From Acidimicrobiia bacterium (GTDB taxonomy: Bacteria > Actinomycetota > Acidimicrobiia > Spongiisociales > ZC4RG35), in NCBI GenBank assembly GCA_031389635.1, contig JANMST010000262.1:1-33750 (forward strand): 33,750 nt of DNA, written 5' to 3'. Under the pieces are notes generated by a model. It had not been told where the DNA came from and did not search any database. It saw only the letters and a program-made list of their open reading frames with translations. Each line of letters starts with the position of its first letter. Within the stretch, counting starts at the first letter, position 1. Below are positions 16,495-26,100 of this stretch, one piece after another. The translations under genes and the position numbers were made by a program.

Positions 16495-18684
16495 CTAGCG
16501 GCGCAGGAAGGCCGCCAGGTTCCGCAACTCGGCCGAGGGATCGATCCCGAGCTGCTCGGAGAACTTCCGAAGACATTCGTCGTAGGCAGTTAGGGCTGCC
16601 ACCCGATCACCACGGGCGAGATGGGACCGCATCACCACCATCCAGGCCCGCTCCGATAGCGGCTGTCGGATGAGGGCGGCCCGGGCTCGGGCCAGCGCAT
16701 GATCGGTCTGGTCGAGGTCGAGCAGCCACTCGGCCGAACGGATCGAAAGGTCGGAGGCGAGCTCACTCAATCGGGTACGTTCCCGAACCGCCCACTCCGT
16801 GTAGGGCTCCGAGGCCAGGTAGTCCTCCCCGGCGAGGTCGAGGGCCCGGACCGCCGACTGTTCGGCGGCTTCCAGGTCTCCCGCCGCGGCGCTCGTCGTC
16901 GCCTCGCCGGCCAGGTCGAGAAACTCCGCTACGTCGAGCCATTCGATCATCTCGGGCGCGATCCGGTAGAACGATCCTTGTCGTCGCAGGCATTTGGAAC
17001 CATCCGGGTGGATCTGTTCGAGACCCCGACGAGTCGCCGTCAACGCCACGTTCAGGTTCTTTGAACCACGTTCCGGATCACCCTCGGGCCAGAGGGCTTC
17101 CATCGCATGGTCGCGATGAACCGGGTCGCCCTGATGGTGCAGGAGCAGCGCCAACAGTGAAACCGCCTTCTTCGACCGCCAGGTCCAAACCGGCACCGGC
17201 TGTCCGCTGAGCCTTACTTCGAGATCGCCGAAGAGTCGAGCGCGAAGACGAAGCGGTTGGGCGGCGACTGTGAAAGTACCTTCTCCGCGACGCGTCAGCG
17301 CGACCAGGTTCTGCGCGGTCTCGGCCGTGTCGGGGTCCGCCAATCCCAGTTCGAGGAGTTCGGGATGAAGGGATGCATGGGCCGCGAGGACGTGCTCGAG
17401 GCGATATCGACCGACCATCGCCAGCGCCTGCCCGACCAGATCGAGAGCCTCGGCGTGATCCTCCGACGCGAGCTTGGCCGCTGCCAGCCACCACTGAGCG
17501 ATGACCAACTCGCCTTTTGAGTCAAAGGTCGTAAGAACAGGCAGAAGGCTCTCGATGTGGTCAGCAACTCGAGAAGGGGGGTCACCCGAAGCCAGTTGCG
17601 CCCGGGCCTGGCAGGAAAGCAGGCGGGCGTTTTCCAACGGGTCGGGCGAGGGGACCCGCAACCGGACTGCTTCGTCGGCGTCGCGGCGGGCACCCGCCGG
17701 GTCTCCGGCCGCTAGATGAAGGTCGGCCCGGGAGGCATAGGTGTGGGCGAGGCCGAACACGTTCTCGGCAGATGCCTTGAGGGCAATAGAGCTCTCGTAG
17801 AGGTCGAGCGCCTCGTCGAAGCGCCGCTGCTCGCGACGGGCCTCAGCGAGGTTGTTCAGCGCATACGACCGGGTGGTGTCGTGATCGGTGCGCTTGGCCA
17901 GTTCGATGGCCTCGGTGAGATGGCGGACGGCTCGATCAAACAGACCGAGATGACGCTCCGTGTGTCCGAGACTGTTGAGGGTGTTGGCCAGGGACAGATA
18001 GTTGGTGCCCCCCAGCTTGAGTTCATAGGCGCGCTCGAGGAAGGTTCGGGAAGGAACCGGCTCGCCTCGGTCCAGCAGCCTGGTGCCGAGATTGTGATAG
18101 GCCCGAGACGTCGAGAAGGTGAGCCCGTTCTGGCGGTAGAGATGCAAGCCCTCCAACCAGAAGGCGAACATCCCCGATTGGTCGTGGGACACCCATCGCG
18201 TCTCGTCTTCATCGAGGACTAGATCGGCGACAGGTGGGTCGCTCCAAGTCAGCGCCTCTTCGAAGGCTGTTCGAGCCTCGGCGAAGACCCCCTCCCGTTC
18301 CAGAATGACCCCTTCGGCCATGCCGACGAGGAACCGGACCCTCCGACCCGAAGGAGTGTCTTCCGCCCACCTAGTCCGGAATTGATGACCGGCCCGGCGC
18401 AGCGTCACGAGGGCGAGCGTGTGACGCCGACGGGTCGACCAGACCCACGCCAGGTAATAGAGGACCCAGGCGTTGTCCGGGGCCGACTGCTCGAGCCGCC
18501 GCAGGGTCGCCTCCATCCGATCGAGAGGAAGATCGAAGCCGAGCTCGACGAACATGATGGCACCCTGGTCGAGCGCCTCGAAGGCTCGATCCTCCTCACC
18601 GGCGTCGAGGGCAGCCTCTATCGCCTCCAATTGGCGGAGCACCCGCCGATCGGCAGTCCCGACCGGAATACGTCGGTCGTCCAT
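16495..18684 (-). CDS. TPR-repeat protein with a C-terminal OmpR-type winged helix plus BTAD domain (SARP module at the C-terminus)
   Basis: The C-terminal ~250 aa read LFGDLEVRLSGQPV...RSKKAVSLLALLL...AMEALWP, followed by the BTAD helices (SERAWMVVMRSHLARGDRVAALTAYDECLRKFSEQLGIDPSAEL). The N-terminal ~480 aa are TPR-like. I found no Walker motifs. Confidence 0.85.
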   Translation of the reverse strand: MDDRRIPVGTADRRVLRQLEAIEAALDAGEEDRAFEALDQGAIMFVELGFDLPLDRMEATLRRLEQSAPDNAWVLYYLAWVWSTRRRHTLALVTLRRAGHQFRTRWAEDTPSGRRVRFLVGMAEGVILEREGVFAEARTAFEEALTWSDPPVADLVLDEDETRWVSHDQSGMFAFWLEGLHLYRQNGLTFSTSRAYHNLGTRLLDRGEPVPSRTFLERAYELKLGGTNYLSLANTLNSLGHTERHLGLFDRAVRHLTEAIELAKRTDHDTTRSYALNNLAEARREQRRFDEALDLYESSIALKASAENVFGLAHTYASRADLHLAAGDPAGARRDADEAVRLRVPSPDPLENARLLSCQARAQLASGDPPSRVADHIESLLPVLTTFDSKGELVIAQWWLAAAKLASEDHAEALDLVGQALAMVGRYRLEHVLAAHASLHPELLELGLADPDTAETAQNLVALTRRGEGTFTVAAQPLRLRARLFGDLEVRLSGQPVPVWTWRSKKAVSLLALLLHHQGDPVHRDHAMEALWPEGDPERGSKNLNVALTATRRGLEQIHPDGSKCLRRQGSFYRIAPEMIEWLDVAEFLDLAGEATTSAAAGDLEAAEQSAVRALDLAGEDYLASEPYTEWAVRERTRLSELASDLSIRSAEWLLDLDQTDHALARARAALIRQPLSERAWMVVMRSHLARGDRVAALTAYDECLRKFSEQLGIDPSAELRNLAAFLRR

Positions 18685-18755
18685 TTGGTAGGCGTGTTTC
18701 TATCACCCGCCGGCCATCGGGGCCGAGGCGACCGGGGGTCGCGAAGCCTCTTCTC

Positions 18756-18803
18756 GTGACGGTTTGCCCCCTCCGCGGTAGGTCAACCGTCACAAGGAGG
18801 GGG
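18756..18803. other. Two interleaved inverted repeats just 3' of the MBL gene (possible terminator or pseudoknot-type structure)
   Basis: GTGACGGTT (18756..18764) pairs with AACCGTCAC (18785..18793). CCCCCTCC (18767..18774) pairs with GGAGGGGG (18796..18803). The order is 1,2,1',2'. Confidence 0.4.
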
Positions 18804-18805
18804 GT

Positions 18806-19921
18806 CTATTCGTCTTTCACGTCGAATTCGACGATCAGGCCCGTCTGGTCCTGGTCCGGGAAATCGGTGTGGTAGCCCAGTTCGGCCTTCCACGTCGCCC
18901 GATCCCAATCCTTGTTGTCCTTGGTCCAATAGTTGAAGTGAAGGACCGGGTTGTCACTGTGAAAGATGATCCTGGCCACCGAGTCGCTATCGGGATGGTT
19001 GAACTTGCGCCCGCTCGACGAAATCAGGAAGTGCTTGCTGTCCAGGCGTTCCATCAACTCGTTGCTGAGATTGTTCTTGCTGCCATGGTGAGGCACCTTG
19101 AAGGCGTCGATCTTCAGCTTGGACTCGCCCCGTTCGGCCAGCAGGCGATCGAGCCCTTCGATCAGTGAGCCGCTGCGTGCGTCACCCGTGAAGAGGACGG
19201 ACCTATTCCCATACTCGGCCAGGAAGCTGATGCTGCTGGCGTTGGGAGCGCTCGAATCTTCGCTGAACTTGCGATTGGCCCATTTCTCCACATTGGGGGC
19301 GGCGCTTCCCAAGCGATCCTTCTGATAGCGCGGAGCGTCTTCGAGCAACTTGGCACCGGTGAATTCACCACCCGGTACGAGCCCGGCGTTCTCGATTGTC
19401 TTCTTCCACTCCGCCTTCAGGCGACCGAGATCCTTGGGGTTCGGGCCGACGATTGTCAGAGTCATCCCACCCGGGAGCTTGTAAACCGGCAGCCTCGTCG
19501 TCGGGTCGGACGAGATGGCGATCGCCTTGCCACCGGTCATCTGATGATGGGGATAGCCCCGCTGGGAGATCCTCTCCGTGAGCATCTCGCCTTGCTTGGC
19601 CCCGAGGGTGTCGGCCTCCTTGATCTGTTCCCAGGCGTTGAACCAGAACTCCCCGACCTCGAGCTCGAGGTCCTCGCTGAGGAGCTTGACCATCGCGTCG
19701 ATGTGGTCGTTGTCGATGTGGGTGATCGTGATCAACTCGAACCTGCGCGTACCGTCGATGCCCTCGATCTTCTCGAGCAACCGGTCGTGAGTTCCGAGCA
19801 CTCCACCGTCGATGAGGATGCGGCGCGGCTTCTTGGGATCTCCGTATTCGATCCACAGGGCATCGCCCTCCTCGGCCGGGAGCATCTCGATGCGAAGCTT
19901 CTTTACGATGCCACCCTCCAA
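18806..19921 (-). CDS. MBL-fold metallo-hydrolase, ComEC/Rec2-nuclease-like, soluble stand-alone
   Basis: Motifs are ITHIDNDHIDA (an HxDxDH variant of HxHxDH), SVLFTGDA and KVPHHGSKNN. The probable start is TTG at 19921, because the beta-1 strand LRIEML must be included. This start overlaps the upstream gene by 19 nt. Confidence 0.8.
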   Translation of the reverse strand: MEGGIVKKLRIEMLPAEEGDALWIEYGDPKKPRRILIDGGVLGTHDRLLEKIEGIDGTRRFELITITHIDNDHIDAMVKLLSEDLELEVGEFWFNAWEQIKEADTLGAKQGEMLTERISQRGYPHHQMTGGKAIAISSDPTTRLPVYKLPGGMTLTIVGPNPKDLGRLKAEWKKTIENAGLVPGGEFTGAKLLEDAPRYQKDRLGSAAPNVEKWANRKFSEDSSAPNASSISFLAEYGNRSVLFTGDARSGSLIEGLDRLLAERGESKLKIDAFKVPHHGSKNNLSNELMERLDSKHFLISSSGRKFNHPDSDSVARIIFHSDNPVLHFNYWTKDNKDWDRATWKAELGYHTDFPDQDQTGLIVEFDVKDE

Positions 19922-22698
19922 TCAGCGTCGCCGTAGGCGACGATCGACAGCACCATGGGATATCCGTCGTGCAGTGCCTTTCGTCGCAGGCGGCGAAGAA
20001 CGTCTCCGAGTCCGGTCTCCTCACCAGCCGCCTCGGACTTCAGGAAGCTGAGCAACTCGACGGCCACCGGCACGGCATGACGACCGAGAATGGTATTGGT
20101 GGTGCTGATGACGACCGCGGCCCCGGCCCGGCGGAACCTCGGGACGAGACCCTGAAAAGGGATCTTGGGGTTGGCGGTCTCGCACCCGAGGAGCACCGCA
20201 ACGACCGGCTTGGTTCGAGGCTCACGCATACGAACCCCCACCCTATTGACGGGTTCAAGCTCTCCGCCACCGATTTCCATCCCGATCGAAACACCGTCCT
20301 GATCGGTGTGCGGCACCAGGAAAATCATCGACGGATCGAGCGTTCCCATCTTCTCTTCGAAGTCATCCCAACTCATCGCCTGGGTGGCCTTGAATCCTCC
20401 TTCGGTCAGAGTCGTGGTCAGGTCTGATCGGTCCTCAGGGCTGACCTTGTCGCTCATGCTCCACAACACCGATTCGAGAGGCGTGATGCAATTGCGACCG
20501 GCGATGGGCTCTGATTGGAGGCGATACTCCCCCGCCAGCTCGACGAAGCTCGGATCGTGGGCGTGGCGTTCGATCACGTAGCGAACCCCCCAGAAGCCGG
20601 TTGGACAAATGGGGATCTCGCCAGGTCCGTGCCGCGTTTCGCAAGGCTGGCAGGTTCCCTCCAACACCACCTTCTTCCAGCTCTTGCAGAGCTTTCGCAC
20701 CGTCGGTGGGCGCAGGGCATAGAACAACTCCACCGGGAGATAAGACTCGGGTGTGGCCGAGATGATCTGGACCCGGCCCTCGGCAAAGAACCGGTCGGTG
20801 ATGCCGTGGTCGTTGACAAAGGTCTGGTGGAGCTCCTCACCGATCGTGGCCGCGTCGAAGAGGAGATCGAGGCTCGCCGGCGAGGTCAACGATTCGAAGG
20901 CATCGGGATCGTCGGCCACCGCCGTCAGAACGCCGATGAGCTGATCGATTCGAGGCCTCAGCCCGTCAACCGATCGCAGGGTCACACCGTCCTTGCAGAT
21001 GACGGTCGCCGCCTTGTCGCCGGAATCGTTGCGGTTGACAACGATGGCCACATCGAACGTCTTCAGGTCCGACAATCCTCCGAGGCCGGCTCGCACGATC
21101 GTCTCGACCTCGATCTCGGGCCTTCCCAGTCGGGACGGACGGCTGGCCACGACGTCGGATCGGAACAGAGCCGTTTGCAGCACCCGGCCCTGGAAGTAGA
21201 GCGCGATGCGCCCGAACACCGGGCCTGGATCGGTTATCAACAACGTGAGCTCGGCCCGATCGGAGTCGCCGGTGACCGGGAGGGTGACATGGGTTCTTTG
21301 GGTTTCTTCCTGGTTGTCGGCGCAGACGAAAGCAACCTCGATTTGATTGGGTCCCTCCGGCAGGTCGTCGACCGGAACCGCCGGCGCCTCTGGGCGGGTG
21401 ATTGATTCAGAGGAAAGGACACCGATCCACACCTCGAGGGAGTAGGCCTTGCCTGCCTCGAGGGCGACCTTGTGATCGACGCCGCCCTTCTTGATGGCGC
21501 CGTTCAACACTCGAACCTCGACTACTTCGTTCTCATGGTCACCGCGGGTTCCTCCATGTGAGCCGCCGTCCCCGTTGGCGGTGGCCATCTCCTCGGGAGG
21601 GGGCAGCTCCCCGGCGGCCGTGACCAGCATGGCCAGACCGGTCGCCTCGTGACTCTCGCCTTCGAAAGTGAATCGATCGTTGCGGATCGCATCCGACAGG
21701 TAGGACGCCAGAGCTCCCGCAAAGACCTTGCCGGATATCGTGAGTCCGGGGAGCAACTGGGATATCTCCTCGGATACATCGATCTCATAGTGACGGATAC
21801 GTGAGAGCCGGTCGGCGAATCGAGCAATGGTTTCCGATATGCGGCTGTCTGCGACCAGCCGGTATGAGAGGGCGCTGTATCCGGCACCGTTGTTCGTGAT
21901 CTCGGCGCGCTTCAAGGCGAAGTCGATCGGATCGTCGTGGGAGAGACCCTCGACCACGGCGTTGAGCCATCCGGGGTTCGAGTCGGGGGCTCCCGCCAGG
22001 TGGCATCCCCAGGCCCCGAACCGACTCGCCAGCCGGTCGGCGATTCGGGCGACCTCTGCTGGCTCGACGTCGACCGGCCCGAGAACGACGACCAAACCAG
22101 GCGAGACCTCGGGCACGATATCCATCGCGTCGGCCTCCGAGGCCGACCAGGGAACGAGCAATATCTCGCATCCTTCTCTCGCGTCAACCAGAGTCTGGAG
22201 TTGCGGCCACCACAACGAACCCTCGAGCTCACCACGCAGGCGCTCGGATCGTGCATCGTCGGCCAGGATCCCGATCCGCAACGGCCACCGCCATGAGAAT
22301 TCACCCGCTCCTGGTTCGGCAAGAACGTAGGCGCTAACACCGCGCTCGGGCTCGGTCATCACCATTAGCCAGTCGTGCAATTCGCTCTGAATTCCGAAAC
22401 CAGGATTCACCTGAAGCCTGACCGGGATCGCCCCGCCAGCTCTGGCAGCAACGGCAGGCGGCAACCACTCAAGGCTGCGGCGGGGCCGCTCCCAACGCAC
22501 TGCCTTTTCGGTGTCGCTCAGGACATCTCGAAGGGCGGCCATCAAGTCACTTTGATAGACGAGTTCCGGGTGGGCTTCGAGGACGCCAGCCGCCACGATG
22601 GCGTCCGAGAACTGGCGGTCGATGAGCTGGGAACCCCAATCGCCGAGTGACTTCCTCACCTGAAAGAACGGGCTCGGTGTCCGAGGGCTGGTTGCCAT
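19903..22698 (-). CDS. Large (931 aa) protein with a C-terminal CHAT (caspase-fold peptidase) domain
   Basis: A GGAG RBS lies 6 nt before the ATG at 22698. The C-terminal ~290 aa show IISATPESYLPVELFY, His in FLVPHTD and Cys in VAVLLGCET 42 residues later, then AGAAVVISTTNTI. I do not recognise the N-terminal ~640 aa. Confidence 0.8.
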   Translation of the reverse strand: MATSPRTPSPFFQVRKSLGDWGSQLIDRQFSDAIVAAGVLEAHPELVYQSDLMAALRDVLSDTEKAVRWERPRRSLEWLPPAVAARAGGAIPVRLQVNPGFGIQSELHDWLMVMTEPERGVSAYVLAEPGAGEFSWRWPLRIGILADDARSERLRGELEGSLWWPQLQTLVDAREGCEILLVPWSASEADAMDIVPEVSPGLVVVLGPVDVEPAEVARIADRLASRFGAWGCHLAGAPDSNPGWLNAVVEGLSHDDPIDFALKRAEITNNGAGYSALSYRLVADSRISETIARFADRLSRIRHYEIDVSEEISQLLPGLTISGKVFAGALASYLSDAIRNDRFTFEGESHEATGLAMLVTAAGELPPPEEMATANGDGGSHGGTRGDHENEVVEVRVLNGAIKKGGVDHKVALEAGKAYSLEVWIGVLSSESITRPEAPAVPVDDLPEGPNQIEVAFVCADNQEETQRTHVTLPVTGDSDRAELTLLITDPGPVFGRIALYFQGRVLQTALFRSDVVASRPSRLGRPEIEVETIVRAGLGGLSDLKTFDVAIVVNRNDSGDKAATVICKDGVTLRSVDGLRPRIDQLIGVLTAVADDPDAFESLTSPASLDLLFDAATIGEELHQTFVNDHGITDRFFAEGRVQIISATPESYLPVELFYALRPPTVRKLCKSWKKVVLEGTCQPCETRHGPGEIPICPTGFWGVRYVIERHAHDPSFVELAGEYRLQSEPIAGRNCITPLESVLWSMSDKVSPEDRSDLTTTLTEGGFKATQAMSWDDFEEKMGTLDPSMIFLVPHTDQDGVSIGMEIGGGELEPVNRVGVRMREPRTKPVVAVLLGCETANPKIPFQGLVPRFRRAGAAVVISTTNTILGRHAVPVAVELLSFLKSEAAGEETGLGDVLRRLRRKALHDGYPMVLSIVAYGDADWRVAS

Positions 22699-23121
22699 CC
22701 GAAGCTCCTATCGACCTAACACGTCATACAGGTGCAATCCCACCTGATGCCAGCCAATCGGAGATGGGTTCGTCCCATCTCTCCCATCGCCTGGAAGGGG
22801 GATGTAGAGGTCATTCGGTTGGTCCACATTTTGGTCGATGCCGGGCCCGGATGAGGGGATCGTTGGCGATCGGAAGGTGCGCACTTTCCGGACTCGTCCG
22901 GAGGCGGTTCCCAGAACGCGGCTTTGAACCTGGCTTTGCGCAGAGGCAACGCCAGGGAGCGATCGCAAGCGTCTGTTGCCTTTCATGCGGTTGCCCCCCT
23001 GTATTCCTGGTCCGAACCACGGTTGAGGCAAGACAGTCCCCCAGCCGCAAGACAGATGTACCTCAGGGTTGTCTTTGGCGTGTCTCGCTGTTGAGCTGCC
23101 GCCCGAGCTCCGGAAGCGCTC

Positions 23122-26100
23122 ATGTACGGCCGCCGTCGTTTCGCTAGATTCGTGTGCATGGCTCCTATCCGGATCCATCTACTCGGTGGGTTTCTGCTCG
23201 AGCACGACGGGCGCAACATGCCTCCCATCCCGTCGGCGGCGGGCCGATCTCTGTTCGCATATCTAGTCACCAACCGCGATCGGCGGCACACGAGGGACCT
23301 TGTTGCGGGCACTTTCTGGCCGGATCTCCCGGAGCAGGGAGCCCGGCGACGACTGAGCCAGGCCTGGTGGCAGATCCAGACCTCACTTCAAGATGTCAAG
23401 TCGGGTCACCCGTTCATCGAGGCCACCCTGTTCGACGTTGCGTTTGTTGCTACGGACTACTGGCTGGACATCGCCGAATTCGACCGCCAGATCAGCACCG
23501 CTGCCAAGCAGGCCGTAACCCGCGACCCGGCCGAGTCGGGATCACTGGAACAAGCCGTTGATCTCTATCGGGGCGAGTTCCTCGCCGGCTTCTACGACGA
23601 CTGGACCCACTTCGAGAGAGAGCGGCTTCGCTCGCAGTATTTGGTGAGCCTGGAAAGACTCATCGCGCTGCACAAGAGCCGGGCCGACTATGAGACAGCC
23701 CAGTACTTCGCCCGACGATTGAGCTTGCATGACCCGCTGCGAGAGTCGGCTCATAGGGAGGTGATGAGGCTCAGCTTCCTGCTCGGCCACAGCAATGAGG
23801 CACTTCGACAATACGAGCGGTGTGCGGACATCCTTTCCGAGGAACTGGGGAGACGCCCCTCAACAGAAACCGAAGAGCTCCGCATCCACATCGCTCAGAT
23901 GCGAGAAAAGGGTGAGAGCCCATTTGCTCCCACCATCAATGCTCCCCTTCTGAATGCGGCCCAGCGAATCCCCCTTGTGGGCCGAACCGAGGAGAGGAGC
24001 AGCATCCTCCGACGGATGGAGGACACGCTGCACGGCCGGGGGGGCGTGATCTTGGTCGAGGGGGAATCGGGCATTGGAAAGTCCAGACTCGTGGAGGAGT
24101 TGATCGACGATGCTCAGTGGCGCGGGCTGAGCCCCCTGCTGGCGACCTGTTCTGAAGCTGAGTTGCTTCACCCCTTGCAGGGTCTACGTCGGGCATTGCA
24201 AAGCGGATTGACCCGCCTTCGCTTCGATCAACTACAGGCAGTCTTGCATCGGAACACCCTCGCTGAGCTGGCCGAGTTGGTGCCTCACATCAGGGGCTGG
24301 CTCAACGACTCCGGGCTCGCTGCCGGCCCACCAGACGGCAACGCCCGAGAACAGCACCTACACACCATTCGCTCCGCGTTGTTCGCTCTTGCCGACCTCA
24401 ACCCCATCGTGCTCTTTATCGACGACGCCCAATGGCTTGACGAAGAGTCGGCGGCCGTTCTGGCAGAACTCGCTCCTGATATCGCCGATCACGGTCTGCT
24501 GATCCAATTGAGCTACAGAGACAGCGAGGTCAGGGATCGGCCGGTGATGTGGCAGCGACTCCTCGACATCGACGCCAGGACCAACACCCAACGGATCAAA
24601 ATCATTGCTCTCGACCTGGTCGAGTCAGGACGACTCGTGGAAGAGAGCTTGGGCGAAACCAAGGCAGACCCCGACCTGGTTGAGGGTCTGTACTTGGAAA
24701 CCGGGGGCAATCCTCTCTTCATCCTCGAGTCTCTGCGAGGGTGGCATGAGAACACGCTGGAAGGGCTCGGGCACGAAAGCCTGGATCGAAGACTCACGCT
24801 CCCGCCCACCAGCGGTGTCACGAGCGTCATCAGCCGCCGGCTCCAATCGCTTTCGGCCCAAGCCAAGGCGGTCCTCGAAGCCACCGCCGTGCTGGGGGGT
24901 CAGGCAAGATCGCGGCTGGTGGCATCCATGACCGGCTTGCCAATGGCTACCACGGTCCAATCGGTGACAGATCTGGTCCGGCGGGGCCTGCTACGTGAGA
25001 ACGTTGCGGGCTACGAGGTACCCCACGACCAGCTTCGGCGAGTGGTGTTGGGCGGGATCGACGGCGCCATGCTGAAGGTGATCCATGAGCGGGCCGCCAA
25101 TGCAATCGAGACCGAACAGCCCGACCTCGTCGAGGACCTCGCCTATCACTTTTCGGCCAGCCACATCGCCGACAAGGCTTACCGCTACTCGCTTCTATCC
25201 GCGAGGAGAGCCGTTGCCCTGGGTGCCTACGACATCGCGGTGCGACAGTTCGAGAACGCTGCCCGTTGGGCGGTGGGCGACGAGCGCTACCCGGTCCTCA
25301 CGGAATGGGAGGAAGCATTGGCGGTTCTCGGTCTACGAAGCGAGCAACACCGCATTCTCAACGAGTTGGCGGAGGTGGCAGTCGGTCCGGAAAAGAAAGC
25401 CGAGCTGGCCCGTCGACGGAGCCGGCTCTTCGCCGAGGAGGGCAATCACCGCCAGGCGGTGGAGGTTGCCAACCAGGCCCTCGTCGACAGCGAAGCGGGT
25501 GTGCCGCCGTTGCTGAAGGCGAGGTTGCTTCAGAACCTGGGATTGGTCATGGCCCGCTCGGGCCGGGCCCAGGAAGCCCTCCCCCATCTCGAAGCGGCCG
25601 TCGAAGTACTGGGCGACGATGTCGTTTCCAGAGCCGCCGCCCTGTGCGAGCTCGGCAACGTCCTCTGCGAGGTGCAGGAGTACCAGCGAGCCTCGGTTGC
25701 CTTGGCCGAGGCGAAGAGCCTCTACGAAGACATCGGCGACCTGCGAGGCACCGCCGAGGTCAACTCTCAACTGGCAATTGTGTCGATGGAGTTGGGTGAC
25801 GGGGACACCGCCATCAGCCTCTATACCGCAGCACTGCAGATCTCCCGCGAGCTCGACTACCGCCGCGGTCAGGCCGTCAACCTCGCCAACCTGGCCAACG
25901 TCCTCTACACCCAGGGAAAGGTCGGCCCCGCTCTGGGCCATTACCAGGAGGCAGCCTCGATTTTCTCCGAGATCGGGAATCGACTGGGGGCGGCCCTCGT
26001 ATCGACCAACGCAGCTTCGGTGAGATATCTGGTATTGGGAGATGCCTCGGTTGAGGCCGATATCCGACGCTCCCTCGCCTACTTCGAACAGGAAGACCAT

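Noticed and set aside
20515-21405. A 296-aa ORF on the + strand
   Set aside because: It is antisense to the CHAT-domain gene. Its composition is Arg/Gly-rich and it has no recognisable features.
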